Below, one piece after another: positions 12,532-23,428 of a stretch of DNA of 64,000 nucleotides. Source of the stretch: Pseudogymnoascus verrucosus (taxonomy: Eukaryota); NCBI GenBank assembly GCA_001662655.1, contig KV460231.1, one strand, 5' to 3'. Position numbers and translations under genes: made by a program. The notes beneath the pieces were generated by a model. It searched no databases. It was not told the DNA's origin and saw only the letters and a list, made by a program, of their open reading frames with translations. How positions within the stretch are numbered: the stretch's first letter is position 1; every line of letters starts with the position of its first letter.

Positions 12532-13341
12532 ATGGCGCAACAGCAACCCTCCATTTACACCACCGACCATGCCAGCTCCGTCCTCCAAACTCACAAATGG
12601 CGCACAGTCGCCAACTCTGCGGCGTATCTCCTCCCCTACCTAAAGCCTGGTATGACTATCCTAGATGTCGGCTGCGGCCCCGGCTCCATTAGCATCGATA
12701 TTGCTCGCCTCGTCCCTGGCAGTCATGTAACTGGCATCGATGTGGCTGATCCCTTGAATGAAGCCCGCGACTCTGCTGCCGCCATCGGAGTTACCAACGT
12801 CGTGTTCAAGGTTGGGGACATCCACGCGCTCGATTTCCCAGACGCCTCATTTGACGTCGTCCACGCACACCAGGTTCTCCAGCACATCTCCGATCCTGTA
12901 CTAGCACTACGGGAGATGCGGCGGGTGGCTAAGCCAGGTGGTATTGTGGCAGCCCGTGAGTCGGCATCTATGGCGTGGTTCCCGGAGTCAGAGGGGATAA
13001 CAGCCTGGCGCGATCTAACTGCACGAGTTTCCCGTGCTAAGGGAGGAAACCCGCATCCAGGAAGCGGTATTCACAGCTGGGCTCGAGAGGCAGGGTTTGA
13101 GAAGTCGCAGGTCGCGTGTAGTACTGGATCGTGGTGCTTTAGCACCGATGAGGAGAGGGCATACTGGGGTGGGAGTATGGCGGAACGGGCGCTGTCGTCT
13201 GGATTTGCCAAGATTGCTATAGAGGGTGGGTATGCTACAATGGAGGAGCTGAAGGATATTTCAAAGGCGTGGCTGGATTTTGTTGATGACGATTTAGCGT
13301 GGTTCGGGCTACTGCACGGGGAGATCGTTTGCACAGTGTGA
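12532..13341 (+). CDS. Class I SAM-dependent methyltransferase (UbiE/Methyltransf_31-like)
   Basis: Intronless 269-aa ORF with ILDVGCGPGSI and FDVVHAHQVLQH...EMRRVAKPGG motifs. Confidence 0.9.
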   Translation: MAQQQPSIYTTDHASSVLQTHKWRTVANSAAYLLPYLKPGMTILDVGCGPGSISIDIARLVPGSHVTGIDVADPLNEARDSAAAIGVTNVVFKVGDIHALDFPDASFDVVHAHQVLQHISDPVLALREMRRVAKPGGIVAARESASMAWFPESEGITAWRDLTARVSRAKGGNPHPGSGIHSWAREAGFEKSQVACSTGSWCFSTDEERAYWGGSMAERALSSGFAKIAIEGGYATMEELKDISKAWLDFVDDDLAWFGLLHGEIVCTV

Positions 13342-13863
13342 TCTTCCCAGCTGGGATGTTATAATTTTGAGGGAGTAGCTGACTACGGGTTGGCATGTAA
13401 TATTGAAATAAAGCACTACAAATATCCTTCAATGTTAAGTATCACCAGAGAATTATGACCCTATTTAGTAGTACCTTATGAGAGTATATGTTAGCTTCTA
13501 TTTCCTAGGAAAACAGTAATGTTAGTTAAAAAGAACACTCCTACCATTTCGTCTTTCGGAATAACATTTTAGCTGGAGATGTCTAAGTGGGGACCATCTT
13601 GCCAAGGGGTCCAAATTGACCTTTCCCAAAAGAAGATAAATTCTGCCACCTCACCGCCTTCACGTGAAGCCTTTTGATGGGTTTTAGGGATACAAAACTT
13701 ATTTGCGCCAACAATACCTACTCTCGTTATTTTCTAACCTTAACCTGCTATTGTCGAAGTTTGTTTACTTAGAGAGCATTTCATTTCAATTATTGATACT
13801 TGACGACTTTTTTCTTGCGCCACCGAACCTCGATCAAACGGAGCTACTGCTCCTGCTCCAACC

Positions 13864-15732
13864 ATGCTTCGCTCGAACAATACCGTGTGCCTCCTATGCC
13901 AATATTCACAGAATGTGCGATTCGCCAGCAGAAAATTTACGGGTGCTATGCAAACACAAAGACACGCTTCGCAAGCACAAAGTCGACTGCCCAAGCGCAT
14001 GACACTCTCCCCTCGCGTCGCCCAACCGAACCCCAGGACATCCGAGAGTGGCAAGCCCGTCCGAAGGCGACAAGATGGCCCGTTTGGAGGAATGAATTTG
14101 AAGGAGGCCGGTATCAGAGGAGTTCCGGAAATTCGGCGGACGTCGGGAACGGATACGAAAAGCAACGATAGAGAAGGTGGCAAGACGAATAGGAGAGAAG
14201 GTTACCACGCGTTGAAGATGCAAAGGGCGCTGGCCCCAGTATCGTATAATAGCAGGACGGTCATCAAAGAACGACTCCAACAAATCGACAGTTTCAAGAA
14301 ATTTCAGTTGTTGGCCAGTGTGCAGGAATCGATTGAGGCCCAGGCCCTGAAAGGACTGGAAGATGTTATGCCCACGGCAGTCCAGCGGCTTGCAATCCCG
14401 GCACTACTCGGCGAAGCCAGCAAACACCAGAGGAAAAAGACGGTTAAAGCAGAAAGGGAGGATTTCCTGATTGCTGCTGAGACTGGTTCTGGCAAGACGC
14501 TCTCATACCTTCTTCCAGTTATTGATGCTGTCAAGCGTGCAGAGCAACAGGATGCGGATGTTGAGGCTTACAACAAGATGAAGCAGGAAGAGGACCTGAA
14601 GCAAAACAACCTCACCCTGGTATCCCCACCATTGACGAATATGCCCCATCCTACAACTGGAAGGCCACGGGCTGTTATCCTCCTCCCCACATCTGAGTTG
14701 GTGTCTCAAGTTGGCACCCTTCTGAAGTCTCTGTCACATACCGTCAAATTTCGGTCAGCTCTTATATCATCCTCTGTTAGCGGGAAGGTCATTCGAAACC
14801 GCCTCTTCTCTCCAGGCGGAGTCGATATCCTGGTGTCCACTCCTCATCTTTTGGCATCGATCGCCGAGTCGGACCCAAATATCCTGTCCAGGGTCACTCA
14901 CCTTGTGATTGACGAGGCCGATTCTCTCCTCGACCGTGGATTTTCTCCGCTGACTTCGGAAATTATTGATAAGTCCAACCCGTCATTACAGCAACTCATT
15001 CTCTGCTCAGCAACGATCCCACGATCGCTCGACTCGTTCCTGCGCAAACGATTCCCGGATATTCGCCGCCTGACAACACCAAATCTTCACGCGATTCCGC
15101 GTCGTGTCCAGCTTGGTGTGGTTGACGTTGAAAGAGACCCATACAGAGAAAACAAGAACCTGGCCTGTGCAGACACGATTTGGTCCATTGGGAAATCAGC
15201 CGCTGATCACGAAGGCCCAGACAAGAATGCTGTCGACCTTAAGCATGTCCTTGTTTTTGTGAACGAACGTGAGAAGACGCAAGAGGTAGCGGAGTACCTC
15301 GTCACAAAGGGCGTTAATGCGGTTGCGTTGAGCAGAGACACCCCTGAACACCGCGCTTCAGAGATCCTTGCTGATTTCACGTCATCGGAAAAGCTCACCG
15401 TTCCAAGAGGAGAAAACCCTGGTAGCCTGGCTGATAACCAGCCAAATTACCTTCCATTTGGACATGTTGCACCACCGGTAAAGAGGAATCTGCCAAATAT
15501 GAAGGTGCTTGTCACTACGGATTTGGGATCCAGAGGCATTGACACCTTGGCTGTCAGACACGTCATTCTGTATGATGTGCCGCATTCTACAATCGACTTC
15601 ATTCATCGCCTTGGCAGGACCGGCAGAATGGGTAGGCGTGGAAGGGGAATTGTACTTGTAGGGAAGAACGATAGAAAGGATGTGGTCAGGGAGGTGAAGG
15701 AGGGTATGTTCAAGGGACAGGCGCTTATCTAG
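13864..15732 (+). CDS. MRH4: Mitochondrial DEAD-box RNA helicase
   Basis: 622-aa ORF; basic N-terminal presequence with CLLC; motifs AETGSGKT, PTSEL, DEAD, SAT, SRGID, HRLGRTGR. Confidence 0.88.
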   Translation: MLRSNNTVCLLCQYSQNVRFASRKFTGAMQTQRHASQAQSRLPKRMTLSPRVAQPNPRTSESGKPVRRRQDGPFGGMNLKEAGIRGVPEIRRTSGTDTKSNDREGGKTNRREGYHALKMQRALAPVSYNSRTVIKERLQQIDSFKKFQLLASVQESIEAQALKGLEDVMPTAVQRLAIPALLGEASKHQRKKTVKAEREDFLIAAETGSGKTLSYLLPVIDAVKRAEQQDADVEAYNKMKQEEDLKQNNLTLVSPPLTNMPHPTTGRPRAVILLPTSELVSQVGTLLKSLSHTVKFRSALISSSVSGKVIRNRLFSPGGVDILVSTPHLLASIAESDPNILSRVTHLVIDEADSLLDRGFSPLTSEIIDKSNPSLQQLILCSATIPRSLDSFLRKRFPDIRRLTTPNLHAIPRRVQLGVVDVERDPYRENKNLACADTIWSIGKSAADHEGPDKNAVDLKHVLVFVNEREKTQEVAEYLVTKGVNAVALSRDTPEHRASEILADFTSSEKLTVPRGENPGSLADNQPNYLPFGHVAPPVKRNLPNMKVLVTTDLGSRGIDTLAVRHVILYDVPHSTIDFIHRLGRTGRMGRRGRGIVLVGKNDRKDVVREVKEGMFKGQALI

Positions 15733-15913
15733 AGCGGATATCCATAATTGTATTATACTGTAGGAATATTTTCCAAGATAGAAAGGAATTGTACATTAGC
15801 CGCATGGTTTACCACTCAAATCGTAGTTTAATCTTCTCCAGCGTTTTTATGTGATTGTCGGGGTCGCAAATGAGGGGCCTTCATCCTTAAATTCGCTTAG
15901 TGGGGAGTAAACA

Positions 15914-15926
15914 TTCGCGTCGCGTC
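15914..15926. promoter_or_regulatory. Tandem MCB-like (ACGCGA) elements upstream of the Sororin-like gene
   Basis: TTCGCGTCGCGTC, whose reverse complement GACGCGACGCGAA has two overlapping ACGCGA, ~150 nt upstream of ATG 16072. CGCG motifs also occur in other promoters in this window. Confidence 0.35.
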
Positions 15927-16071
15927 ACGACCTTGACCAACACCTCTCTAAATCGAAATATCCCTGCACTACATCCGCCCGATCATTATGCGATAATGAG
16001 AGAATGAGAAATATATACAACTATTCAACATCCGAAATAACTATTGATACAAAAACTTGAAAATTACCACG

Positions 16072-17907
16072 ATGCCACGCCCCAAACGCGCCAAAGTTGC
16101 GCCCTCTGCACCCGCCGCCCAACCTCGACGCGGCAGGGCTGCAGCGCCGTCGCGCAAACCACGAGAGGCCTCCGAAGCAATTGAATCTTCCCAAGAACAA
16201 AATATCGAGCAGGAAACCCAAACAACTATGACGAGGGCAACGAGGGGTAATGCGACCGTTCCTGGACCTTCGACGCGGGCAGCAAGGCTGAGCGCATCGA
16301 ATACCGGAGTATTGGAAGAATCAAGGAAGCGTCGCGACTCAGCGATATCGCGTCTCGAGGCCGAAAACGAATATACATCCAGCAACGGAGGGCCCAGCGA
16401 TGCGGTTGCGCATGCGCCAGGAGAAATACTGTCAAGCAGCCCGGAAGTTGAGATTGGAAGGCGGGGAAGAGTCGCTGCAAGTATTGAAAGCTCAGCAATC
16501 ATACCTGGAACGTTTAGGAGGAGGGCACGCCAGCCAAGCATACTTGGGCGAGGACAAGATATTGAGATTGAGAGAAGTGAAAGTGTGGACAGCGACATTG
16601 CACAGAGCCAAGATATCACAAACGTGGAGAGGCCTCTTGGGAGGGTCATGTCGAGCGGCTTTAAGCCAAGGCAACGGCAGCCCAGTATATTGGGAAATGT
16701 GAGGTCTAGCAGCGTGGAGGTTGAGAGAGATATTGGGACACCTGTGAACCCTGGGTCGGCGCTCAGGACAGGATTATTCAGGAGGAGAGCAAGACAGCCC
16801 AGCATCCTTGGTACGCCCAGCCAAAACCCGAGCCGCGCCCCTGCAGCGGAAGCAAGCGACGAGGAAGGACAAGGAGAAGAGGATGAGGAAGACGATTTTA
16901 ATCCTGAGGACGAATCTACTCCACTCAATCTGCCAAAATCAAACACCCTCGACGGCAGCCCTCAGTCAACATCTCCGCTCAACTCACGGAAACGCAAACT
17001 CTCATCCCCTTCAGCCTCTCATTCATCAGCTGCTCTTCCTCCCCTCGAGAGATCACCTTCTTCCGCCCTTTCACCACCACCAGTTTCTTCACCCCTGAGC
17101 GCGATATCGCAAACCCCAGAGATCATGAGCTCAACCCACGCACCACCTCACAGCAGCTCCTCCCTCCGCCTGAGCTTGACCCCACCCCGGCGAACCCGGG
17201 TCGCATCCGGGATTCCTTCGGAAAGAACCCCTCCTACTCGCCGCCAACCATCACGCGCCCTCGCTATGGACGACGACCTTCCATCATCCCCACCACCCCT
17301 CACACACTCACCTGACAACCGACCCACCGTCAAAAAGCCAGCCGGCAAGCCTAGAGGAAAAGCCGCAGCGAAACCCGAACCTGCGTCTCTTTCGACAGCG
17401 CAATTGCAATTACTCCTGCCAAGGCGCCGAAGGCGGGCAGCTAGGGACGCCTACGAGATTGGTAGCTCAGACGACGAGGTTGATGCAGAGAGTGACGAAG
17501 ATGAACTTTCTCACCTTGCAGCCGCTCTGAGCCGTTCCAACCGACAGACACCCGCCGCGCGAAAGCGGGTGACGAAACTTCAATCCGCGATCAAAGGCAA
17601 GGGGAAAGCTGCTGCTGCTGCTCAAGCTGCGGCGGCCAAACGAACGTACGGATCGCGCCGGGCAGCTGCACCATCGCTATCTGACAAGGAGAACGGCGAG
17701 AACAGTGCGGAGGTCAGCGAGGCAGAGGTAGATCCTGATGATAGTCTCGCGCCAGTGCAAGATAGTGTTGAGGATAGTAGTGTGCTGGAGGAGCGGTTGG
17801 GCAAGGAGCTCAAGATCGCGAAGAGGAAGTTTGAAGATGTTGATCAGTGGGAGATGGAGTTCGAGGACATGACTGCGAATAGCAGCAGCCCCAAGGATGC
17901 CAGATGA
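16072..17907 (+). CDS. Intrinsically disordered protein, probable fungal Sororin (KEN box plus C-terminal Sororin-like motif)
   Basis: Intronless ORF starting MPRPKRAKV; low complexity and S/P/R-rich; three RQPSILG repeats; KEN box (SDKENG); C-terminal ELKIAKRKFEDVDQWEMEFE. Confidence 0.7.
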   Translation: MPRPKRAKVAPSAPAAQPRRGRAAAPSRKPREASEAIESSQEQNIEQETQTTMTRATRGNATVPGPSTRAARLSASNTGVLEESRKRRDSAISRLEAENEYTSSNGGPSDAVAHAPGEILSSSPEVEIGRRGRVAASIESSAIIPGTFRRRARQPSILGRGQDIEIERSESVDSDIAQSQDITNVERPLGRVMSSGFKPRQRQPSILGNVRSSSVEVERDIGTPVNPGSALRTGLFRRRARQPSILGTPSQNPSRAPAAEASDEEGQGEEDEEDDFNPEDESTPLNLPKSNTLDGSPQSTSPLNSRKRKLSSPSASHSSAALPPLERSPSSALSPPPVSSPLSAISQTPEIMSSTHAPPHSSSSLRLSLTPPRRTRVASGIPSERTPPTRRQPSRALAMDDDLPSSPPPLTHSPDNRPTVKKPAGKPRGKAAAKPEPASLSTAQLQLLLPRRRRRAARDAYEIGSSDDEVDAESDEDELSHLAAALSRSNRQTPAARKRVTKLQSAIKGKGKAAAAAQAAAAKRTYGSRRAAAPSLSDKENGENSAEVSEAEVDPDDSLAPVQDSVEDSSVLEERLGKELKIAKRKFEDVDQWEMEFEDMTANSSSPKDAR

Positions 17908-18327
17908 GGCATGATCCGTTGGGTGGTATATGGCGCTTTGGCTTGTTTGATTTGCGTTGCTGGATGCGTTTATGGCTATGAGGGGCTGGTGCGGATTTTG
18001 AGGCGTTAATGGATAGGAAGGTGGAATACATCAATGGGACGATGCATGGAATGGGACATAGCATTTAGCTATTGTATGCTTGCGTATAGCATAATCAGAC
18101 AGATATGGGCTGGCATTACTCAATTCCAAACTTGCTGCCTATGTTTTACAACGTTCAATTTGATCAAAGTAGAGTTAGATCTACAATAATACAGATTTGG
18201 GAAGACACATGAGTGCCATCAATGTGCTTTCCCTCGGTGTTCCTTTAAAGTGTGTGCCAGAAACCGGGGTATCATAACGCCTACTTCGCCATTCCCTAAT
18301 GATCTGTCCTCTCCTCGATTGCCACCC

Positions 18328-19127
18328 TTACGCGCGCAGTGCCGCCAGCTTCGCTTCCTTCTCCTTCAACTGCAGCGTCATGGCCCTGTTTTGCTCCTCT
18401 ACCTTCCGCTTGGCATCCTGTAGCCTGAGTATCTCCAGCTGCTCCGCTTCCCTGCTGTATGGTTGCCCCGGACTACTCCTCATGGGTATCAGCGCCGTGC
18501 GCTCCGGGATCGACGTCCCAGGCCCCAAATTCTTCTTCTTTGCACCAGCCGCCGCCTTGCCCTTCGTCTTCTCACCAACCGACGTTAAAATCTCGTAGAA
18601 GTTTTCGTATGGCTCATTGAATAGTTGTTCCTCATAAGCCCAGGCGAGAACCTCTCCCGACGCTTTCTGGGCAGCGCGTTCCTCTTCGGTGCCGTAGGCG
18701 TGTAGTCGGAGGCCGTGCCACACTGACTGCGGCTTCTCATTTGACTCGGACACGTAGTGAAGCTTGATGTTGATTTCAAACTCACCCCATCCGGTTTCAG
18801 AGATCGAAAAGGGCTGACCGGCTACTGCGTCCACCGCTGTATAGAGTTAGCTCTTATCCTGTCGCGGTCTCGTGAGTTTGACTTACAGCGCAGGGGATTC
18901 GGAATCGACTCGTGTAATTTGAACTGAACCTTCTTCAGCCAGTATGTAATATCTGTCCCATCTACACCCTTCACAAACACCGTCCAGCTATGTGTGTGGT
19001 CTGCCGGCACACCCTCTGGTTTCGGGTTGGTCGTCTCGTCGAAGGGCTTAGCTGTCGTGCCATAGATGAATGGGCGGAAGATCTGCACGCCCTTGACGCG
19101 CTTCTGGTTCGTGCCTGGTGGTGCCAT
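18328..19127 (-). CDS. YAF9: YEATS-domain subunit of NuA4/SWR1
   Basis: Starts [13 protein letters not shown]; motifs [28 protein letters not shown]; one intron near 18886-18838; C-terminal coiled coil. Confidence 0.93.
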
Positions 19128-19411
19128 TGGGGGCTCACGTTCATAGGGCGAGACTCCAATTGCACGTCCTGAGCGTGGTCCTTGCGGTTTGACTCGAGGC
19201 CTGACTTGGTGGGGGAGGTAGGAGATGTCTTTGCGCTTCGCCATGGCGTCGGCGGGGCGATAGATAAAGTCACGGAGAATTGTTGTTCCTAGCGTGACGC
19301 GCGGGTGTTGGAAAGTGCCAACGATTGGTCTGTGCTTTCACATCGTCATGATATCAGTCTATTTATTTTGGACTCTTTGAGGAGGAATTGATCGCTCACA
19401 AACACAAAAAA

Positions 19412-20372
19412 ATGGCGACGGTGAAAAGAGTCGTTGTTTGTGGTGGTAACGGTTTCTTAGGAAGTAGGATATGCAAGTACGCGGTAGCGCGAGGCTGGGA
19501 TGTCACATCAATAAGGTAAGGTAATTTCACATTTGGTATCAGCCTCGTTGGAAATACTGTAGTCAGACCGGTCTTGTTAGGATATGCGTGCTGATTATGG
19601 TTAAAGTCGCTCAGGCGAGCCAGTATGGTCCTCGGTCACCTCATCTCCCTCGACTCCGTCGTGGGCCCATAGGGTGTCATGGGAACGCGCCGACATGCTG
19701 AAGCCAAGCACTTACAAGCCTCTTTTAAAGGGTGCTGATGCCGTCGTCCACACCATGGGCATCCTGCTCGAGGCAGACTACAAAGGCGTGGTATCCGGCC
19801 GTGAATCCCCGATATCCGGCCTCATGCGCGCCTTCTCCTCCTCCAAGGCTGGAAGCCAGAACCCGATGGAGCGGAAGCCAGACGAGGATCTGAAGCCGCA
19901 AGAAAAGGACGGACAGCTGACTTACGAACTCATGAACCGGGATTCCGCAATTGCGTTGGCTCAGGAAGCGAACAGAGAGCAAGTCTGCACATTTGCATAT
20001 ATTTCAGCGGCAGGTGGTGCGCCCATATTACCAGCAAGATACATCACTACGAAGCGTGAGGCCGAATCGTCAATTGCAACCAACTTCCCGACTATGAGAT
20101 CGTTTTTTGTTCGGCCTGGGTTTATGTACGACTCTTCGCGGCCGATTACGATGGCCATGGCTGCTGGGGCTGGAGGGGCATCTGTGTTCAGCGAGGTTAC
20201 GGGAGGGGTGCTGAAGGACTTCTTAGGTGTGGCTGGCACGAAGCCGCTGAAGGCAGACCTGGTTGCACAAGCAGTGGTCGAAGCTCTGGGAGATGACACA
20301 GTTAAGGGGCCAGTTGAGACGAAGGAGATCGAAGAGCTTGCCACAAAGGCATGGAGGAAGGGGATGCTATGA
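19412..20372 (+). CDS. NAD(P)-binding SDR/epimerase family protein, Coq11 (YLR290C)-like
   Basis: Exon 1 MATVKRVVVCGGNGFLGSRICKYAVARGWDVTSI (GxxGxxG); intron ~19516-19606; YISAA...RYITTKREAE and RPGFMYD. Confidence 0.85.
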
Positions 20373-20478
20373 TCTTGCATTTGCATCCTGACTAAAGGCA
20401 GCCGCCTGACCTGTACCAACACTATGTAAATCTCAACGCCATAACCAATTTATCCCACTTTAATACAACCCGTGACCT

Positions 20479-21457
20479 TCATATCATCGTTCCACGCTCA
20501 AAACTGTCGCGGATCTCGGCCGTGTACTAAATAAAGTTAGCGTAAATTCCTACATCAATTTCGGGAAAAACAACAACGTACCTTGTTGTAGAACCTGTTC
20601 AGCTTCTGGTTGAAGTTCTTGTTCTTCTCATTAATGTATGTGATATCGCCCTCGTCGCGATCCTGTCCGCGCTCCTTCCTCTTCTTCAATCTCGCATCCT
20701 CAGCCTGTTGTAGATCGGCCACCAGTCGGTCCACGGCAGCCTTGTCAGGCTTGTTTTCGACAAAGCCAGTGGAATCCGCGGTAGAGTAAAATGAGCCATC
20801 TTTGTCAACAGCGACCAGTTCTCCGTCGTCGGTCTCCACAATCTCCAGACCACCTGAGGCAGCAGCTCGCTCAATCGCAGCCATCTTTTCCTTCTCGTAG
20901 TTGCTCGTATCCAGCTTCATATTTCCAATCTGTCGCTTGTATACCTTCCTGCTATCCTGTCGGTAGTCTTGGAAAGCCTGGTCGTCGCGATGTGACTCTT
21001 TCTTTTTGAGTCGCTTGTCCCATCTCTCGCTCTCCTCGATTGTCCAGTCCCACGCACGCTTTCTTTCAAAGTCTTCGCCTGCAGCCTCGATATCTGCCTT
21101 GAGGAGTTTCTGGGACGCAGTCGCATGCTTGCGATTTAGTGTTGTGAGGAGGTTGGGATCGGTGGCGAGTCGTTGCGACTCGAGGGCTGCTTCTTTCATA
21201 TTCTTCTGGGCGGACGACTTCGCACGAGCCTGGAGCGCCTTGAAGCGCTCTTGTCTTTCCTTGGCTTTGGCTAGGGCGTCCTCAGTCGATGTAGAGGCTT
21301 CGACAGGTGCAGTGATCGCAGATTCTTGGCTTGGTGCGTCATCTTTCGTCGCGGGCTTCTCCTTGGGCTCTTCCTTCTTCATCATAGATTCATCGGCATC
21401 CCTCACCTCTTCGGTGGAGGCGCTGGCTCGCGTCTTGCGCTTCTTGGCTGGAGGCAT
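20479..21457 (-). CDS. SYF2: Pre-mRNA splicing factor Syf2
   Basis: Motifs FERKRAWDWTIEESERWD and YINEKNKNFNQKLNRFYNK; last intron ~20581-20527 leads to YTAEIRDSFERGTMI-stop. Confidence 0.93.
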
Positions 21458-22213
21458 GATGTGATGGTGGACGATGTGGTTGTGTTGTAGAGTGGAGTCT
21501 GATGATGGTAAACAATTGCACCCTAGTTTAACTTGTCAAAGTTGCTTAGTCATAACTTTAATTTATTAACGAACCCGGATGGATATATAAGCGCCCAATA
21601 ACGAAATGGACTCCTTAATACGCAGAACATTAACATCGTGGATTGGAGTCGCAGAGCACTTCAAAAATGACTGCCATTTAAGTGGTGCGCTTTCTACGCC
21701 GGGAAAATTCCCTCCAATCCAGTCTTTTCGCTGAACATCATCGGCTACAGTCAACTCAATCTCAAGCTGGAAGAACTGAAAATGGTCCTAAACTGGCACT
21801 ATATGAGGCTGTTAAGCCGGTCGAACGTTTCCGCGGGGGTGCTGTCGATATCAGAGAGGGAGGCGCCCCTTTGAAAATATTAAGATATTCGCCACGTCGT
21901 CGCTCTTCGAACTCTGCTTCACTCTGCTGCACAGTTAACCATTGAGGAGTGCACCAGCATCAGAGATTTGGAATTCTTTATAGGCGGCCTGACACAGACG
22001 GCGGATGGATGTCGATGGATCGTCCATAATACATCAAGCCTCATTGCCGCCATGCACAAAGTCTTCTTTATCGGGCTCGTTGGTCGGAACATGAGACGTC
22101 TAAACTTCATGAACAAAACTCTCAAAAACAATCGAAGCCCAGGGTATTGAAATGGGATCACATCTTTGCGCCACTGCACTATCATACGCCTTGAGACCTA
22201 GATGCATACTTAG

Positions 22214-22869
22214 GACACCTTCTTGTGCAAAACCTATCTTGCCACGATGGCATCCCGCAAGTACATGGACAAGCTGTTCGACGACCCTGCCATTCGCAGT
22301 GGCTATTCCGCGCAACTAATTGCACGCACTATAACCACAATCCGTCCGTTTAGTGTGCATCCACATACGCTTCCTCTATTGACCGGTTGGCAAGTCGATG
22401 GACAGCCATCTCCTGGTGAACAACAGCTGTGTCTACGAGACTATATACGACATGACAGAGACTATACCATCTATATTTGGACCATTGGCAGGGTGAATTC
22501 GAGCAAGGTTTGTGGTATGAATGGAACAATGGCAGTCTATCACAGTTTGCACCACAGATGCCAATTCCTAAGTGGGCTGCCGCGTTCACTGGAGCCTTCT
22601 TGCGTGCAAATGATCCGTGGGGCGCTATGAAAATGCTTACTCGGGCTGCACTAAGTATGGATGGAAACAAAGATCTTCCTACTTTTGTGCGATTAGTTCG
22701 TGAGGAAGTAAGGTCCTGGAAGACAATATACAAGCGTGATAAGATGAAAAGCATTGTTTATATTGCCCTTGAGCATGCTGAAATGCACGGGCTCTCTGAA
22801 GATGACGGGAAGAGGCAAGATCTTGAAAATAAGGTATACCGAGCTTTCAAAAGGCTGGGTTATGCTTAG
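22214..22869 (+). pseudogene. Probable frameshifted or degenerate orphan coding sequence
   Basis: Two overlapping protein-like frames (22223-22630 and 22477-22869) could join near 22460-22475 with no intron visible. No family recognised. Confidence 0.35.
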
Positions 22870-23061
22870 ATGGTCTACCAATATGGAACCAGCTGCAAGA
22901 GAAGATGCCCGAAATGGTTGCATTTATTGTCAGCGACAGTCTTCACAACGACTACACACAGACAGATGAGTCCTTTGGACGTCAGGCCTACAAATAAAGC
23001 ATTGGGCTTGTATTGCGAGTGGTGATGTATGGGGGTGCACTGATGTTTTCTTTTTTGCACT

Positions 23062-23428
23062 ATTTTCTCTCCACCTTACTCACTTACTCTATTGGCAGCA
23101 TCGGAATATTTCCCTTCTACTATCAGGTGGCTCTATATCATCTATCTCACTCACTTACTCTACGAAGCAGTTTCAAAATTATCTCCTACTACATGTACCT
23201 GCATTTCCTCTATCTTACTTACTCACTGCCCCCCTGCAGGGACAAAGAAGCTCAAGGATTATTTTCTTATACTATCATGTGCCAGAATTTCTTCTGTCTT
23301 ACTTACTCACTTGCCCTGCATGGACGAGGCTACTTGAAAGTCATTTTTCCTACTATTTAGTGGTTATATTTCTCCATCTTACTCAACTATTTCACAAGGC
23401 AGCTTCAAAATTATCTTTCTCTACTATG
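23062..23428. repeat. Degenerate tandem repeat, ~5 copies of 68-84 bp
   Basis: Recurring TCTATCTTACT(TACT)CAC...G(C)AGCTTCAAAATTAT(TT)TCT..CTACTAT; cores at ~23075, 23146, 23214, 23298, 23378. Confidence 0.7.

Noticed and set aside
16041..16946. 301-aa minus-strand ORF
   Set aside because: Antisense to the Sororin-like gene, with no independent features.
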